The position numbers and the translations under genes are program-made. Below are positions 38,884 to 51,152 of a stretch of DNA of 64,000 nucleotides, one piece after another. Location: contig OX597816.1 in assembly GCA_951406725.2 (NCBI GenBank), forward strand, positions 76,818,001 through 76,882,000. The letters are read 5' to 3'. Every line of letters begins with the position of its first letter. Position 1 is the first letter of the stretch. The stretch comes from Octopus vulgaris. Taxonomy: Eukaryota. The notes under the pieces were generated by a model, which saw only the letters and a list, made by a program, of their open reading frames with translations, ran no database searches and was not told the DNA's origin.

Positions 38884-39091
38884 TAAAGGAATTTTTTTAA
38901 AATCGTCGTTCGACTCCATTTTTTCATTTATTCATAGTTAAAAAAACACACAAATTTACACACGAGAACACGGGATCCCTGCCCTTGGCATATAGCTTCA
39001 ACCGTGTTTTCTGACGTGAATGTGCTACCCAGGTATCGGTTAACCGAATTATCCATACTAGGATAATTCATTCACCTATATATATATATAT

Positions 39092-39140
<49 letters not shown>

Positions 39141-39250
39141 GAGAGAGACAAGACAAGTTTCTTTTTAGTTTCCGTCTACCAAATACACTTCTGAGGCTTT
39201 GTTAAGCTCAAGAATATAATAGGAGATACCCGATGTACCACGCATGAATC

Positions 39251-39311
<61 letters not shown>

Positions 39312-39325
39312 TATATATATATATA

Positions 39326-40691
39326 TTTCGACAAAAGATCTCTATACAAAACTCCTGGGTCTCTCCAGCGTCCTAAGACTTCTACTACCATCTCTTCTCC
39401 GGGCACATCAGCAACTTCGATAGAAAACAGTAAAAAGGTGGAATACATTCATGAGAGTCAACGGCCTTTCACTAGTGTGTGTATGAGCATTTACGTAGTT
39501 TTAAGTTCATATAAAAGTACATTTTTCTGTAGTCGTTAACCATCTTGACATTTTTTATTACTAGTTTAAAAGTTTCCAATTTCGAGATGAAATTTGTGTA
39601 GCACCAGCTTTTGTCACAATAAATTCCATTTAGGGATACTTATATTTATAGTTTCTGTGTAATTTAAGATTCGAGTTTCTTGAAGTCATAATTGAGGGAT
39701 CTATCGTTGTAATGGTTGAGAATTACATGCATCTTCAGTAAAACTCCACCACTTCCAGGCACACAGCTGCAGCACAAACGAAACGTAAGATGATTCCTCT
39801 GTCATCCACGCGTGAATCATGAAACACTCCGTGTCGTTAAATGGTGTCAGTGCCAAGGAGGTGGAGAACTATGGTGAGAATTCATGGTAGGAAAGTACTG
39901 CGAGCGATGTATAAGTACGCAGGCAAAGCAGAGTTATAACAGAGTAATTTCCCTTCATTTTTAACGGTATTTTTTCATAACGTTTTCAAATAGCCAGATA
40001 ACCGAAGAGATGGTGTTGTGGATTTCCACTTCGGCATCTGAAACTCAGAGTTTTATCTTGACTACCGAGTAATGTAACATATTGTATAGATATATATATA
40101 TATATATATATTTCGACAAAAGATCTCTATACAAAACTCCTGGGTCCTCTCCAGCGTCCTAAGACTTCTACTACCATCCTTCTCCGGGCACATCAGCAAC
40201 TTCGATAGAAAACAGAAACAGTCAAAGGTGGAATACATTCATGAGAGTCAACGGCCTTTCACTAGTGTGTGTATGAGCATTTACGTAGTTTTAAGTTCAT
40301 ATAAAAGTACATTTTTCTGTAGTCGTTAACCATCTTGACATTTTTTATTACTAGTTTAAGAGTTTCCAATTTCGAGAGTGAAATTTGTGTAGCACCAGCT
40401 TTTGTCACAATAAATTCCATTTAGGGATACTTATATTTATAGTTTCCTGTGTAATTTAAGATTCGAGTTTCTTGAAGTCATAACTGAGGGATATATCGTT
40501 GTAATGGTTGAGAATTACATGCATCTTCAGTAAAACTCCACCACTTCCAGGCACACAGCTGCAGCACAAACGAAACGTAAGATGATTCCTCTGTCATCCA
40601 CGCGTGAATCATGAAACACTCAGTGTCGTTAAATGGTGTCAGTGCCAAGGAGGTGGAGAACTATGGTGAGAATTCATGGTAGGAAAGTACT
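39326..40691. repeat. Near-identical direct duplication of about 575 bp (39326-39899 and 40111-40691)
   Basis: Both copies run tttcgacaaaagatc...gaaagtact; each is preceded by (TA)n; differences are mostly small indels. Confidence 0.95.
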
Positions 40692-42691
40692 ACATGTAAA
40701 GGAAAGAGGAAAGGAGCCTAAAAAGTGGCCATAATATTAGTGATTCAATGGCTATCATGTATGTTTCCATGTATGTACGTTTGTATGCAAATATGCATGT
40801 AGGTATATATCTTTGTATGTATGCTTGCATATATATATACATGTATGTATGTATGTATGTGTGTATCTTACAGGTTTTTATATATCTGCAGGATATGTAA
40901 ATATCAGAGAAAAAATTAGTGCTTTTAGCCAAACATTCCTTGTAATATTATCCCTGTATAAGGTTCACAGGCAATTTGTTGTCCACCTTGCCATCCTAAA
41001 TGCAATGGCCCTAATCCTGTTATTCATTTGGCGATTATGGAGATTATTACGTTGGCTTGCAACATTACGTTCAATAGGAACGTCATCTATTTTCGTTTCA
41101 TTTGTATTCTCTCAGTCAAAGATAACGGAAAATACATCATCTTAGCACTTTAACATAGTGAGCCATTCATTCAAAGCCTAGATGTATTGCTAATTATGCG
41201 TAATATGCGTGAGTGTGTATATGCATGTGAATTTCAGCGTTTATGTGCCAAAGAATCATTGGTGTTTCATACTATTTTAAATGCAAACCTGTAGCTTCAT
41301 TACGTTGAAATGAGGGTCATAATAAGAAACCAGTCAGATTAAAAGGCTGTCAGTTATTATTCAATCATAGGATCGCATACACGTTAACATGAAACTGATG
41401 CAGTAAACTTAATGAGGTCTCTAATTTACAACTCCACCAGATATGATACAACAGTTGTCAGCATATAAACGTTCGCCACCAAATTACCTCGTCACTGCCT
41501 TTAATGCCTTAACGTTCGTTCTCTTCCCACACACATCAAAGTATAAATTTGATCATAAACAAAATTAATAGGGCATTTAAAGCAAATCAGATATGGTCAT
41601 GATAATTTAATGTAACTACCATTCAATATTTCTCAGTAAGGCTCCATAAACATTTTAAGAACTTGTCGATATACTCTTTTACTAGGAAAACAATTTAACA
41701 TTAACTTCACAGATATAAGGTGTTATTTTCCAGTTGGTAGCGCCCCATATTGAGTACTTAGACAGTTTATGCCATCATGACTACTGCTTTTACATTTCAT
41801 TCCTTTTAGTGACAACATAAGTCAGCCACAACTACATTCCCTGTGCTTTGATGAATAGGACGAATTCATAAAGGGTACTATGCCCTTTCTATCACATGTT
41901 ACAGATAGCTGAAGCACCAAGGTACAAGAAACTACAGATCCTAGTTATCCTTTGAGTACTTAAAAGAAGCATTTCAAGGGCTTAGCATTTATGGAAATTA
42001 ATCGTTCTTTCTTGAGTATTATTCGTGTGGCCATAACTCTGTTGACCTAATCTTCATCCTTTAAGACATATAAACCAAAGATCGAAATCCCTACAAAATA
42101 TTGGGCCAGTAATAAGCAGAAAACACAAGATCAAATTACAATGTGTCGGAGCGAGTGATATTTTCTCAAAATGCTACTACTGGCTCGGGAAACACATCGT
42201 AAAAAAAAATTGCTTTCCAAAATGACTAATATTCCACTTTCAAACATTTTCATCGAAGTTTCCAAAGAGATATTTATTTAACTATCGAATTATTATTCCA
42301 AACACGTCGAAGACGATTTTTTATTATATGATACAAAATACAGGTTACTATAGTTCTTAAAGTGAGAGAAGTAACAAGGTATCTGGACTACTTCAACCAC
42401 CAATTTAACTTACTAACGTTAAATTATTGTTAATAACGAACGCCTACATATACATACTTAATACAAAGTTGATGCTTTAAATATAAATGGAACAACATTA
42501 ATAATTATATTTATAATTCATATTTGCCAATATAATATAATTCATATATTAGCTGTTTCGTGATAACTATATTTTGATTTCTCTTCTCTCACTCTCTTTC
42601 CCCTTCTCTCTTTTCCTTACTCTACACCTCTCTCTTACACTGTCTTTCCCCCCCTCTCACTCTTTCTCTCTCTATATATATATAAATGTAC

Positions 42692-42755
<64 letters not shown>

Positions 42756-42810
42756 CTGTCTGTCTTTGTGCGTGTCCTTGCCTGTAGGTATTTATTTATC
42801 CATATTATCT

Positions 42811-42845
<35 letters not shown>

Positions 42846-43618
42846 TCTGTGTACGTGTATATGCATATAAAGTTGGTTATGTCCGAAAATAGAGTGTAAA
42901 TACGTGCACATATGCACACATGCACATACCAACACACACAACGCATATACACACATAATGTTTCTGTATGTATGTGTAAGAGAGTAAGCATGTACATGTG
43001 AGCGTTTGTAAGTAAGTGAGAAGGGAGGGGAGAAAAAGAGAGGGGGAGTGTGAGTGAGAGAGGGAGGACATGTTGGATAATATATGTTATGTATATGTAT
43101 GCAGATGTTTGAAAGTGCCAATTTCTGCCTATGATATCTACTCATACTTCCATTCATGTTTAGAAAGTGATATTGTCTAGTCACGAAATTAATTGTCTGT
43201 TTCGTAGTTATAAAATCTTTCGAAGAGTTGCAACTTTTTTTTCTTTTTAAATCACGTTTTATTAACTCCTATTTCACAGCTGCATTTTCTCATCGTAATA
43301 TTATCTCAGATTTACCAGTTAACTTCTTTCTTATGTAAACAAATCTCTTAGCTGTAGTGTTGTTTTTGTATCGTTAGTGTAATTAATATGATTATTAAAG
43401 CTGTGCAGATAGCCGAGACAGACAAGCGTAGGATTACATTTTTTAACAATGTTTCATGTTCCATTTCCTCCCACTCAACACCAATCGTTTATCTTTCACT
43501 TCTTTCATTCATTGGACTGCTGCCAAGCTGAGGCACCGTTTTCAAGTATGTAGTCAAAAAACTTGACTCAGATACTTCTTTTTTTCTAAGTCTGGCTTCT
43601 ATTCTACACCTCTATATG

Positions 43619-43664
<46 letters not shown>

Positions 43665-43713
43665 GAATTTACAAAAAATGAAAAGACGAAGATGGGTGTG
43701 CATAATCAACAAA

Positions 43714-43791
<78 letters not shown>

Positions 43792-43854
43792 ACGCATATA
43801 TATATATATAGATAAGAATCTTTGAAAAGACGAAGAGTCATTAGTTAAACGCAC

Positions 43855-44569
43855 GATAGAAAGTCTTTGGAGTATCCCGATTGTGGCCATAATAATGAAG
43901 TTACAGCACGCAGAGGGAAACTGCTTAGCACAGATTGACTTTGAGCTCTGTTGTGCATGCGCACTATGTTTTAACATTCTAACTCACTTTCACTGTTTAC
44001 AGCAGTGCTTGGAAGGAAGGTGGGTAGTGTATGATAGTCGCATTGACCATGATAAAGATAATTGCCATGGCGATACCTGTTCAGAGGCCTACGCAAAGTT
44101 GCAGGAAGTGCATGGAGAGGTATGTATGAGTTGCATTAAGTGTACGAGTAGTTCAGAAGTTTCCAAGACGGCCTAAAAATGTCGATATTGACGAACGTTC
44201 TCGGAGAACCGCAACCAGCAGAAGTGAGTAAAATTTCACAGATGTGCATGCAGCTGCGAGGAGAAATCGTCGAATTACCATCTGCGAGTTATCAGAGGAT
44301 GTGCAGATTAGTTACGGTTCAGTTTAGCCATTATCCCTGAAGATCTAGATATGAAACGCGTGTCTGACAAGTTTGAGCCAAGCAGCTTTCAGCTGACCAA
44401 AATGACAACTTGGGTTTCAGTTACACAAATTCTCCTCGATTGTATCGAGAACGATTAAATGTTTTTGAAACATTTGCGTAGGCCTGTAGGCAGGGATAGT
44501 CAAGCTTTTGGCAAAATTTGACGCAGATTATCGGCTCAACGTTCTCTATAATGGTCAATGGTCAATGCG

Positions 44570-44572
<3 letters not shown>
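43855..44572 (+). pseudogene. Decayed mariner element (5' region and N-terminal HTH of the transposase)
   Basis: Frame-shifted translation GDTCSEAYAKLQEVHGE.CMS...VYE*FRSFQDG...VDIDERS.R.ATSRSE...RRITICELSEDVQISYGSV...EDLDMKRVSDKFEP, typical of the mariner N-terminus through the WVP(H)-equivalent. Confidence 0.85.
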
Positions 44573-44636
<64 letters not shown>

Positions 44637-44917
44637 AAAATAAGACAAGGTAGAAAATGCGGTTTCAGACGGTTTTTTGCGACTTTTTCAACTTAGAATA
44701 AAGCATGAAAAACAAGTAAATTGTGGAAAAATTAAATGAAATGGGTTTTATTAAATATTTCCATAGTTTTCAAATGCAAGGGACAGTTTACTTTCTTCTG
44801 TCTGTCTTTGTTACACTTTTTTACTCTTGTTGGTTCTAGATAGTTAGTAGCTGCTAGTTTCATATGATTTCTTGTCTTGTTTCCTTATACATATCAACTC
44901 GTGTGTTCCTTTTCAAA

Positions 44918-44973
<56 letters not shown>

Positions 44974-44974
44974 G

Positions 44975-45700
44975 ATAAAGGGCAAAATTAATCAATTATT
45001 TAATAATTAATAATTATACCAAGTAGTTAGCTATTTTAAAAGAACCGTTATCGGTAAACATATATAAAAATTCTATAATTATGAGTATAATTATAATTAG
45101 GGTTCAGCAAAAAATTTGCTTCACCACAAACCGAAATTAAGAAATAGCAGTTAAAACTAACTATTTCACTACCAAAAGAAAATCTCCCGGACAGCAATAC
45201 TCAACAACCCACGAAGGTCAAGAGAAAAAAAATGACGAATCCGTATATCCGTATATGTATATGCGTTTCGGAGTTAGAGAGATGTGAAAAATGTTTAAAT
45301 CATATTTCCACTCTATCATTCTCCTCTTCAGTACAGTAATTAAAGATTTTAAATTTGAGAGCACTGCAAAAATTAATCATATGTATCTGACATGGGGACA
45401 TCAGACAACATACATCTAACGACCAGTACTTCTGAATTCAAACAGACGAATGAGATCTCGTATTCCTCCTCACTCAACCACCTGTGCTAGCAAGTAAAAT
45501 TCTACAAAATATTTATATAACAAGAACACAAGTGAAGTTTAAAGAGTTACAGCAGCTGTTTCAGTGACGTTTTTTTTTTAATAAATGATTAGACCACTAC
45601 AATTACATCATGAATAAAATTCGCTCTCGTCAGGTGATTTTTAAACGACGTAGTAGTAGAAGAAAATTTAAAACGACTCACTTTCCCAAGCTTTAGCAAA
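44975..45700 (-). mobile_element. PLE-like pLTR remnants with two decayed HHRs (45256-45335 and about 45545-45637)
   Basis: Minus strand tgta CTGAAGA GGAG...CTCC GAAAC GC ATA taca (GTA>ATA), and cac CTGACGA g AGCGA...TCACT GAAAC AGCT G. The second is related to 46945-46990 on the plus strand. Abuts (TA)n at 44970. Confidence 0.6.
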
Positions 45701-45934
45701 GCCAGTGAATATATTTGATGAACCATTGTTTGTCTACGTGTGTAGATGTTGATTGTACTATATTTTGTGCGTACATGTTTATATATGAGCTTATTGATAT
45801 GTATACTGTATGTCCATGTATATGTATATGCATATACATGCTCGTATGTGTGTGAGTATGTGTATGTATACCTGCTTGAATAAATATATTCTTTTATTCT
45901 TATATGGATATTTGTCTTTCCTTTTACTTGTTCT

Positions 45935-46142
45935 TTTCTTCTTTTATTTGCTCAAGTCATTTGACTGCGGACATGCTGGAGCACCGCCTTTAATCGGAGA
46001 AATCGACCCCAGGACTTACTTATTCTTTCTAAGCTTAGTACTTATTCTATCGGTCGCTTTTCCGAACAGCTATCTTTCGGGGACGTAAACACACCAACAT
46101 CGGTTGGCGGGGCGAGAGGACAACTCAGACACATGCACATAA

Positions 46143-46181
<39 letters not shown>

Positions 46182-46190
46182 CACGCACAA

Positions 46191-46247
<57 letters not shown>

Positions 46248-46395
46248 CGTCTTTCAGTTTCCGTCTACCAAATCCATTCACATGGCTTTGGATGGCCCGA
46301 GAATATAGTAAAAGACACTTGCCCATGTGTCACGTAGTGGGATTGAACCCGGAACAACGTGGTTTGGAAGCAAGCTTCTTACCACACCCGTTCCT
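45935..46395 (-). mobile_element. SINE family A, near full-length, with an internal microsatellite
   Basis: catttgactgcggacatgctggagcaccgcctt...gtctttcagtttccgtctacc...gcttcttaccacac. Confidence 0.88.
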
Positions 46396-47069
46396 ATGTC
46401 TATTTGTATACGTCTTAGTGTCGTTGTCTACATATACGCATGTGTGAGTATGTATACTAGGGTGGTTGTATATATTTGTGTGTGTGAGGTCATATAAGAT
46501 AATACGTTGTTTCAAATTATTTGAGTGTATGTTGGTGTGTTTGATAACGTACACACTAACTATGGTAAGCACTTCAATGGCCGCAGGGGTTTTAACGCCA
46601 ACCTTACCATTTGGACAATGTTTTCCCCTTCACCCTATAATTCTTCTTTCTCTATCTTCTCATCTTTTATTTCCTTGCTAGTCTTCATTGAATACATAAA
46701 TAACTATGATAGCGATCTATAAAAGTTTTATTGCCTCTGATCTCTGCTCCAAGTGTATTGCTAACAGCCTTTTAAAATTCAACGGTTCATAAAATATACG
46801 TAGACGATTTGCTAATGCTTGGCAAAGTGATTCGTCTTGAAGTTTCTTCCTCTGCCTATGGTTAAAATAACCCGATAAAAGCGGACTTTTTCATGATGTG
46901 ATAGTAGGAATCGAACTACTTATCCATAAGAACAAAATGCTGCTGAAACAGCTGTTGTGAATCCTTAAATTCCACTTTTGTTCTTTATGCAAATGCCCTA
47001 ACTGGAACCATCTTTATGTTGAATCTATAACTTGCATTGGGCCAGTAATCTGCGTGTATACACACACAC

Positions 47070-47140
<71 letters not shown>

Positions 47141-47204
47141 TACATACATACATACATACATACATACATACATACATACATACATACATACATCCCGACG
47201 GGAT

Positions 47205-47355
47205 TCTTTTAGTTTCCGCCTACAAATTTCGTTCAGAAGACTTTGGTCAGCATGCAGTTATAATAGATAACACTTGCTCACTGTGCTATACAGAAGGACC
47301 GAACCCAGAATTTAGTGGTAGGAGAGCAAACATTTTACCACTCAACGCACCTGTA
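47205..47355 (-). mobile_element. SINE family A, decayed 5' half
   Basis: tttagtttccgcctac...acacttgc...gaaccc...ttacca. Confidence 0.65.
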
Positions 47356-47827
47356 CCATCTAGACTGTGATTTAAGATGAGTTGATAAAGTACCCGTAAT
47401 ATTACTGTTGATCTATTGGAGTTCGTAAAAACTGGTAGATTATTGGACGAAAATAACTTGTCTGTTTATATTCTGAATTCAAATCTACTTAACCATTTAG
47501 CTTCCAGCTGTTATTTGTTATGGATTCGTTAAGTGAAAACTGCAGTGCCTTTTGTATTGACAATTTCTCTAAATCGGGAGATTCATAACTTGTGTTCAGT
47601 TTGAAAACATGAACACTAAAATATTTCTATGAGACTACCGTTCGGTAAAATGGGGCGCTGTGATTCATATTGAAGCCAGGGAGGCGTGACAGGGTGAACG
47701 TTTCATATGAGCTCGGATAGAGTAGGTATACGGCTAGATACTTCAGACATGTTAATGTAGTATGAATATTATGGATATTATGTTTACATTCTTATGATAG
47801 GTGGTCAACATTGTTACGGTCATTGGA

Positions 47828-47883
47828 GAAGAAGAAGAAGAAAAAGAAGAAGAAGAAGAAGAAGAAGAAGAAGAAGAAGAAGC

Positions 47884-47938
<55 letters not shown>
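47828..47938. repeat. Compound (GAA)n(GTA)n microsatellite
   Basis: Directly visible. Confidence 0.97.
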
Positions 47939-47954
47939 ATGTGTGTGTGTGTAG

Positions 47955-48330
47955 TTTGTTCAACAAGTATCCAGACTGTTGCTAGAGAAACGAAGGTAAA
48001 GTACGCAGAGTGAAGCCGCTTGGTAAAGATTGACCTTGAGCTCTGCTGTGCATGCACACTAATTGCTTGGAAAGTAGCTGTATAGCATGTGATCGTCGCA
48101 TTGAGCATGACAGAAAAAGTTGTTATAGTGATATCTGTTTAGGTGTAGAAAATGTATGGAGCGGAGTGTATGAACCGCACACAAATGCAAGAATGATTCA
48201 GACGTTTCCAACATGACCGAAAAAATGTCGATGTTGACGAACGTGCTGAGAGACCTGCAATCAGCAGAACTGAGAAAAATATCGCAGGTGTGCGTGCAGC
48301 TGTGAAGGGAAATCGTCCAAACACCAATAT
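47955..48330 (+). pseudogene. Second decayed copy of the mariner element at 43855
   Basis: Shared acgcagag..gattgac.ttgagctctg.tgtgcatgc.cac...aaaaatgtcgat.ttgacgaacgt...gaaatcgtc. Confidence 0.8.
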
Positions 48331-48582
48331 CCAGCCCTGAGTCCCGAGATATGGTACTTGGAAATGTCAGTTTCCTGGAGAAACACTTACAGAGAGATGC
48401 CATAAGAGCAGGGATGAGATAACCTCTTTATATATATAGATATATATCATTCTTAGATACTTAGATAAACATGTTGTTGACAGTGACTTCGAAGTTTTAA
48501 CAAGCTAATCCATCGTCGCACGTGAAAGCACACATACATAAATATGTAAGTGCCTAAATGCTCTAATTAAAGCCCATAATTC

Positions 48583-48792
48583 TTTTCTACTCCAGGTACA
48601 AGGCCCGAAATTTGGGGGGAGATGGCCAGTCGATTAGATTGACTCAGTTCGCAACTGGTACATAATTTATTGACCCCTAAAAGATGAAAGACAAGGTCAA
48701 CATCGGCGAAATTTGAACTCAGAAAGTAAAGACAGGGGAAAACCGCTAAGCATTTAGCTCAGCGTGCTAACGTTTCTGCCAGCTCACCGCTT
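48583..48792 (-). mobile_element. SINE family B, full-length
   Basis: ttctactccaggtacaaggcccgaaattt...tttgaactcagaa...ctaacgtttctgccagctcaccgc. Confidence 0.88.
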
Positions 48793-48815
48793 CCCAGTTA
48801 AAATATAAGTTAAAA

Positions 48816-49385
48816 CACATAATTGTATACGTATATACTGACAGGGATTTCAATCACTCGAAGTCACCGATCGAAAATTCATTATACCGACAGGTCAGTT
48901 TCAGCAATATTCGCCGTCTCATCAATAAGGTCTGGCTCGACTTCTGTGGATTCCGGACTTAATTCTCTGTCAGTATATGTTTTCACCATAAAAATCTATG
49001 GATGATTTAGCGAATTGCAATTGTATGTACATAAAATTAATATCGACAGCAATGTGCAATATTTTCTATAATTTTCACTAAATATGAAACACGTACATTG
49101 CTAGAAGTAAGAGCTAAAATGCTCTATTTCTCTAGTCAAAGCACATAATTGTATACATATATGTATAGTGACAGGGACTATAATCGCCTGAAAACACCCA
49201 TCGAAAATTCACTATAATGACCGGTCAGTTTAGGCAATTTTTGCTACCTCATCAGTAAAGATTGGTTCGATTTCGGCAGATTCCGGACTTAATTCTGTTT
49301 CAGTATATATGTTTTCACCACAAAAATATATGGATGATTTAGCGAATCGCTAATGTGTATACAGAAAATTGATATAGGCAACAGA
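48816..49385 (-). repeat. Diverged tandem repeat (period about 326 bp), each unit with a decayed HHR-like core on the minus strand
   Basis: Units start cacataattgtatac at 48816 and 49142 and share gattccggacttaattct, gttttcacca and tatggatgatttagcgaat. Cores TTGATGA..GAAAC..GTC (48925-48889) and CTGATGA..TAAAC..GTC (49255-49219). Confidence 0.75.
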
Positions 49386-49634
49386 AATCCAGAAATCCTG
49401 AGAAGAATGTTTCTATAAGGAACGTGAAGATTAAGAATTCCAAGCTAAAAATAATGTAGGAAGCTGTGATGGTCATGTATATCTCCACAGGAACCAAAAC
49501 AATGCGACTGAAATGAAATAGAAGCAGTTAAAATGTAAATATTCATCAATGGTGTATTGTATACATACATATGTGTGTATATAGCTAGCCATAGTTTCTA
49601 CATCAGACATACAAGAATGTATCTAGCTAGCTGC

Positions 49635-50396
49635 AAATGCGAGCTAGAGAAATAATATTCTTAAGATTATAAACCTGGAAAAATACAAAGCAAGTTATTA
49701 CACTTGGAAAAGTTGAGGACAACTTATTACATCTGGTAAAGTACATAACAAGAAAAGTTTTGCTTAAAATATTGCAGCTAAGGATAAAATTTCAAATAAA
49801 ATATTTAGATTTAGAAAATATCTTCTATTAAAGCTAAACTTTTTTTTACAAATTATTACTTCTAATGGTTATTTGTTACTTCTATTAAAAATTTTAAATA
49901 ACTCAAAATATTTTTTATGCATTTTAAAACAATTCATTTTTAAAATTATTAATTAATAATTAGAAATTTGAAAATAGGTTACAAAAATAATAGTAGTATA
50001 TAAATAATACAATAAATAGAATAATACAAAAATTAGTTATATGTTACAGTAAAATCTATTTATCACAAATTCACAGTAAACTTTGCTTAATGAATTTGCT
50101 ACTTTGCATACAACTTTAGCTATATTGGTATCACTGGTTCTCATTTATTATTCTAGTGTGTCAATATTTTAAGAAAATAATGGTATCATTTTTAATTATA
50201 ATGTTAGTTTGTAAATTAAAATCGAATAGTTTTTAATCTTCAAATTTTATCCTTAGCATTATTTTAAGTAAAGATTTTCTTGTTCTGTACTTTACCATAT
50301 GTAATAAGTTGTCCTGAATTTTTCCAAGTGTAATTACTTGCTCTGTATTTTTCCAGGTTTATAATCTTAAAAATATTATTTCTCTTGCTCGCATTT
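49635..50396. mobile_element. Fold-back/MITE-type DNA element with long (170 bp or more) terminal inverted repeats and an AT-rich core
   Basis: aaatgcgagc.agagaaataatatt.ttaagattataaacctggaaaaatac... / ...gtatttttccaggtttataatcttaa.aatattatttctct.gctcgcattt. Confidence 0.85.
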
Positions 50397-51152
50397 TCCC
50401 ATGTAATCCATGTTTTTTCCAGGCTTATGCTATTATGCTAATTAATAATGTGTCAAATGTGTCAACTAGTGGTGTCGTTGATAATTTTTTTTCCTTACCT
50501 CAATGATGCCGGTTACATATATTAAAAGTCTCCTTATGAAATTATATTCATGAACAAGTATAGAACTATATTATCACACTCATATTTGAGAAACAAACAC
50601 TCATAACTTTTTTCTTTTAAAACTTCATTGCATGAGATTGATACGATGAAATTCCTCGAATTGATCTCTATCATTTAAGCTTACTTAAAATATAGTTTGT
50701 TCTTAAAAAATGAAAGTTAATTATACTTAAATCCAATTTTTTTTTCCTTATTTATATTTTGTCATGATATTTTACCTCACAACTTTTTTTATACAAAATT
50801 TTGTTGCATGGAAAAAAAACCATGAAATTCTTCATGCTTTCGTCTATCATTTGAAGCTAGGATAAATACGTTTTGCTTTCAAAATATAAAAAAAAGTTAT
50901 TTAGATCTAAACTTGATTGGTGGTGTTACTTACTTTCCTATAACGGTACTACAAATTTTGATGTAACCTTCTACTGGTTCAAATCTCATTTGTTTATGCC
51001 AAAATGTAGCTAGGGACCAAGCCCCTTCAAAAATGTTAACAGTTTTCAATTTCGTTAAGAACTGAATTAGTGAGAAGCTCTGAAATGTACTGCGTGTGAG
51101 TAAATTGCAGACTTAAGAATATTATTCAACTACTACCGTAGTTGAACGCTAC

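Larger units (their letters stand above)
37944..39078 (+). mobile_element. PLE-like pLTR element with a nested fold-back inversion; same family as 5095-5919
   Basis: Outer inverted arms 37944-38213 and 38666-38936 (near identical); inner arms 38210-38298 and 38318-38408 with a 19-nt spacer; 3' tail to 39078; (TA)n on both sides. Confidence 0.82.
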
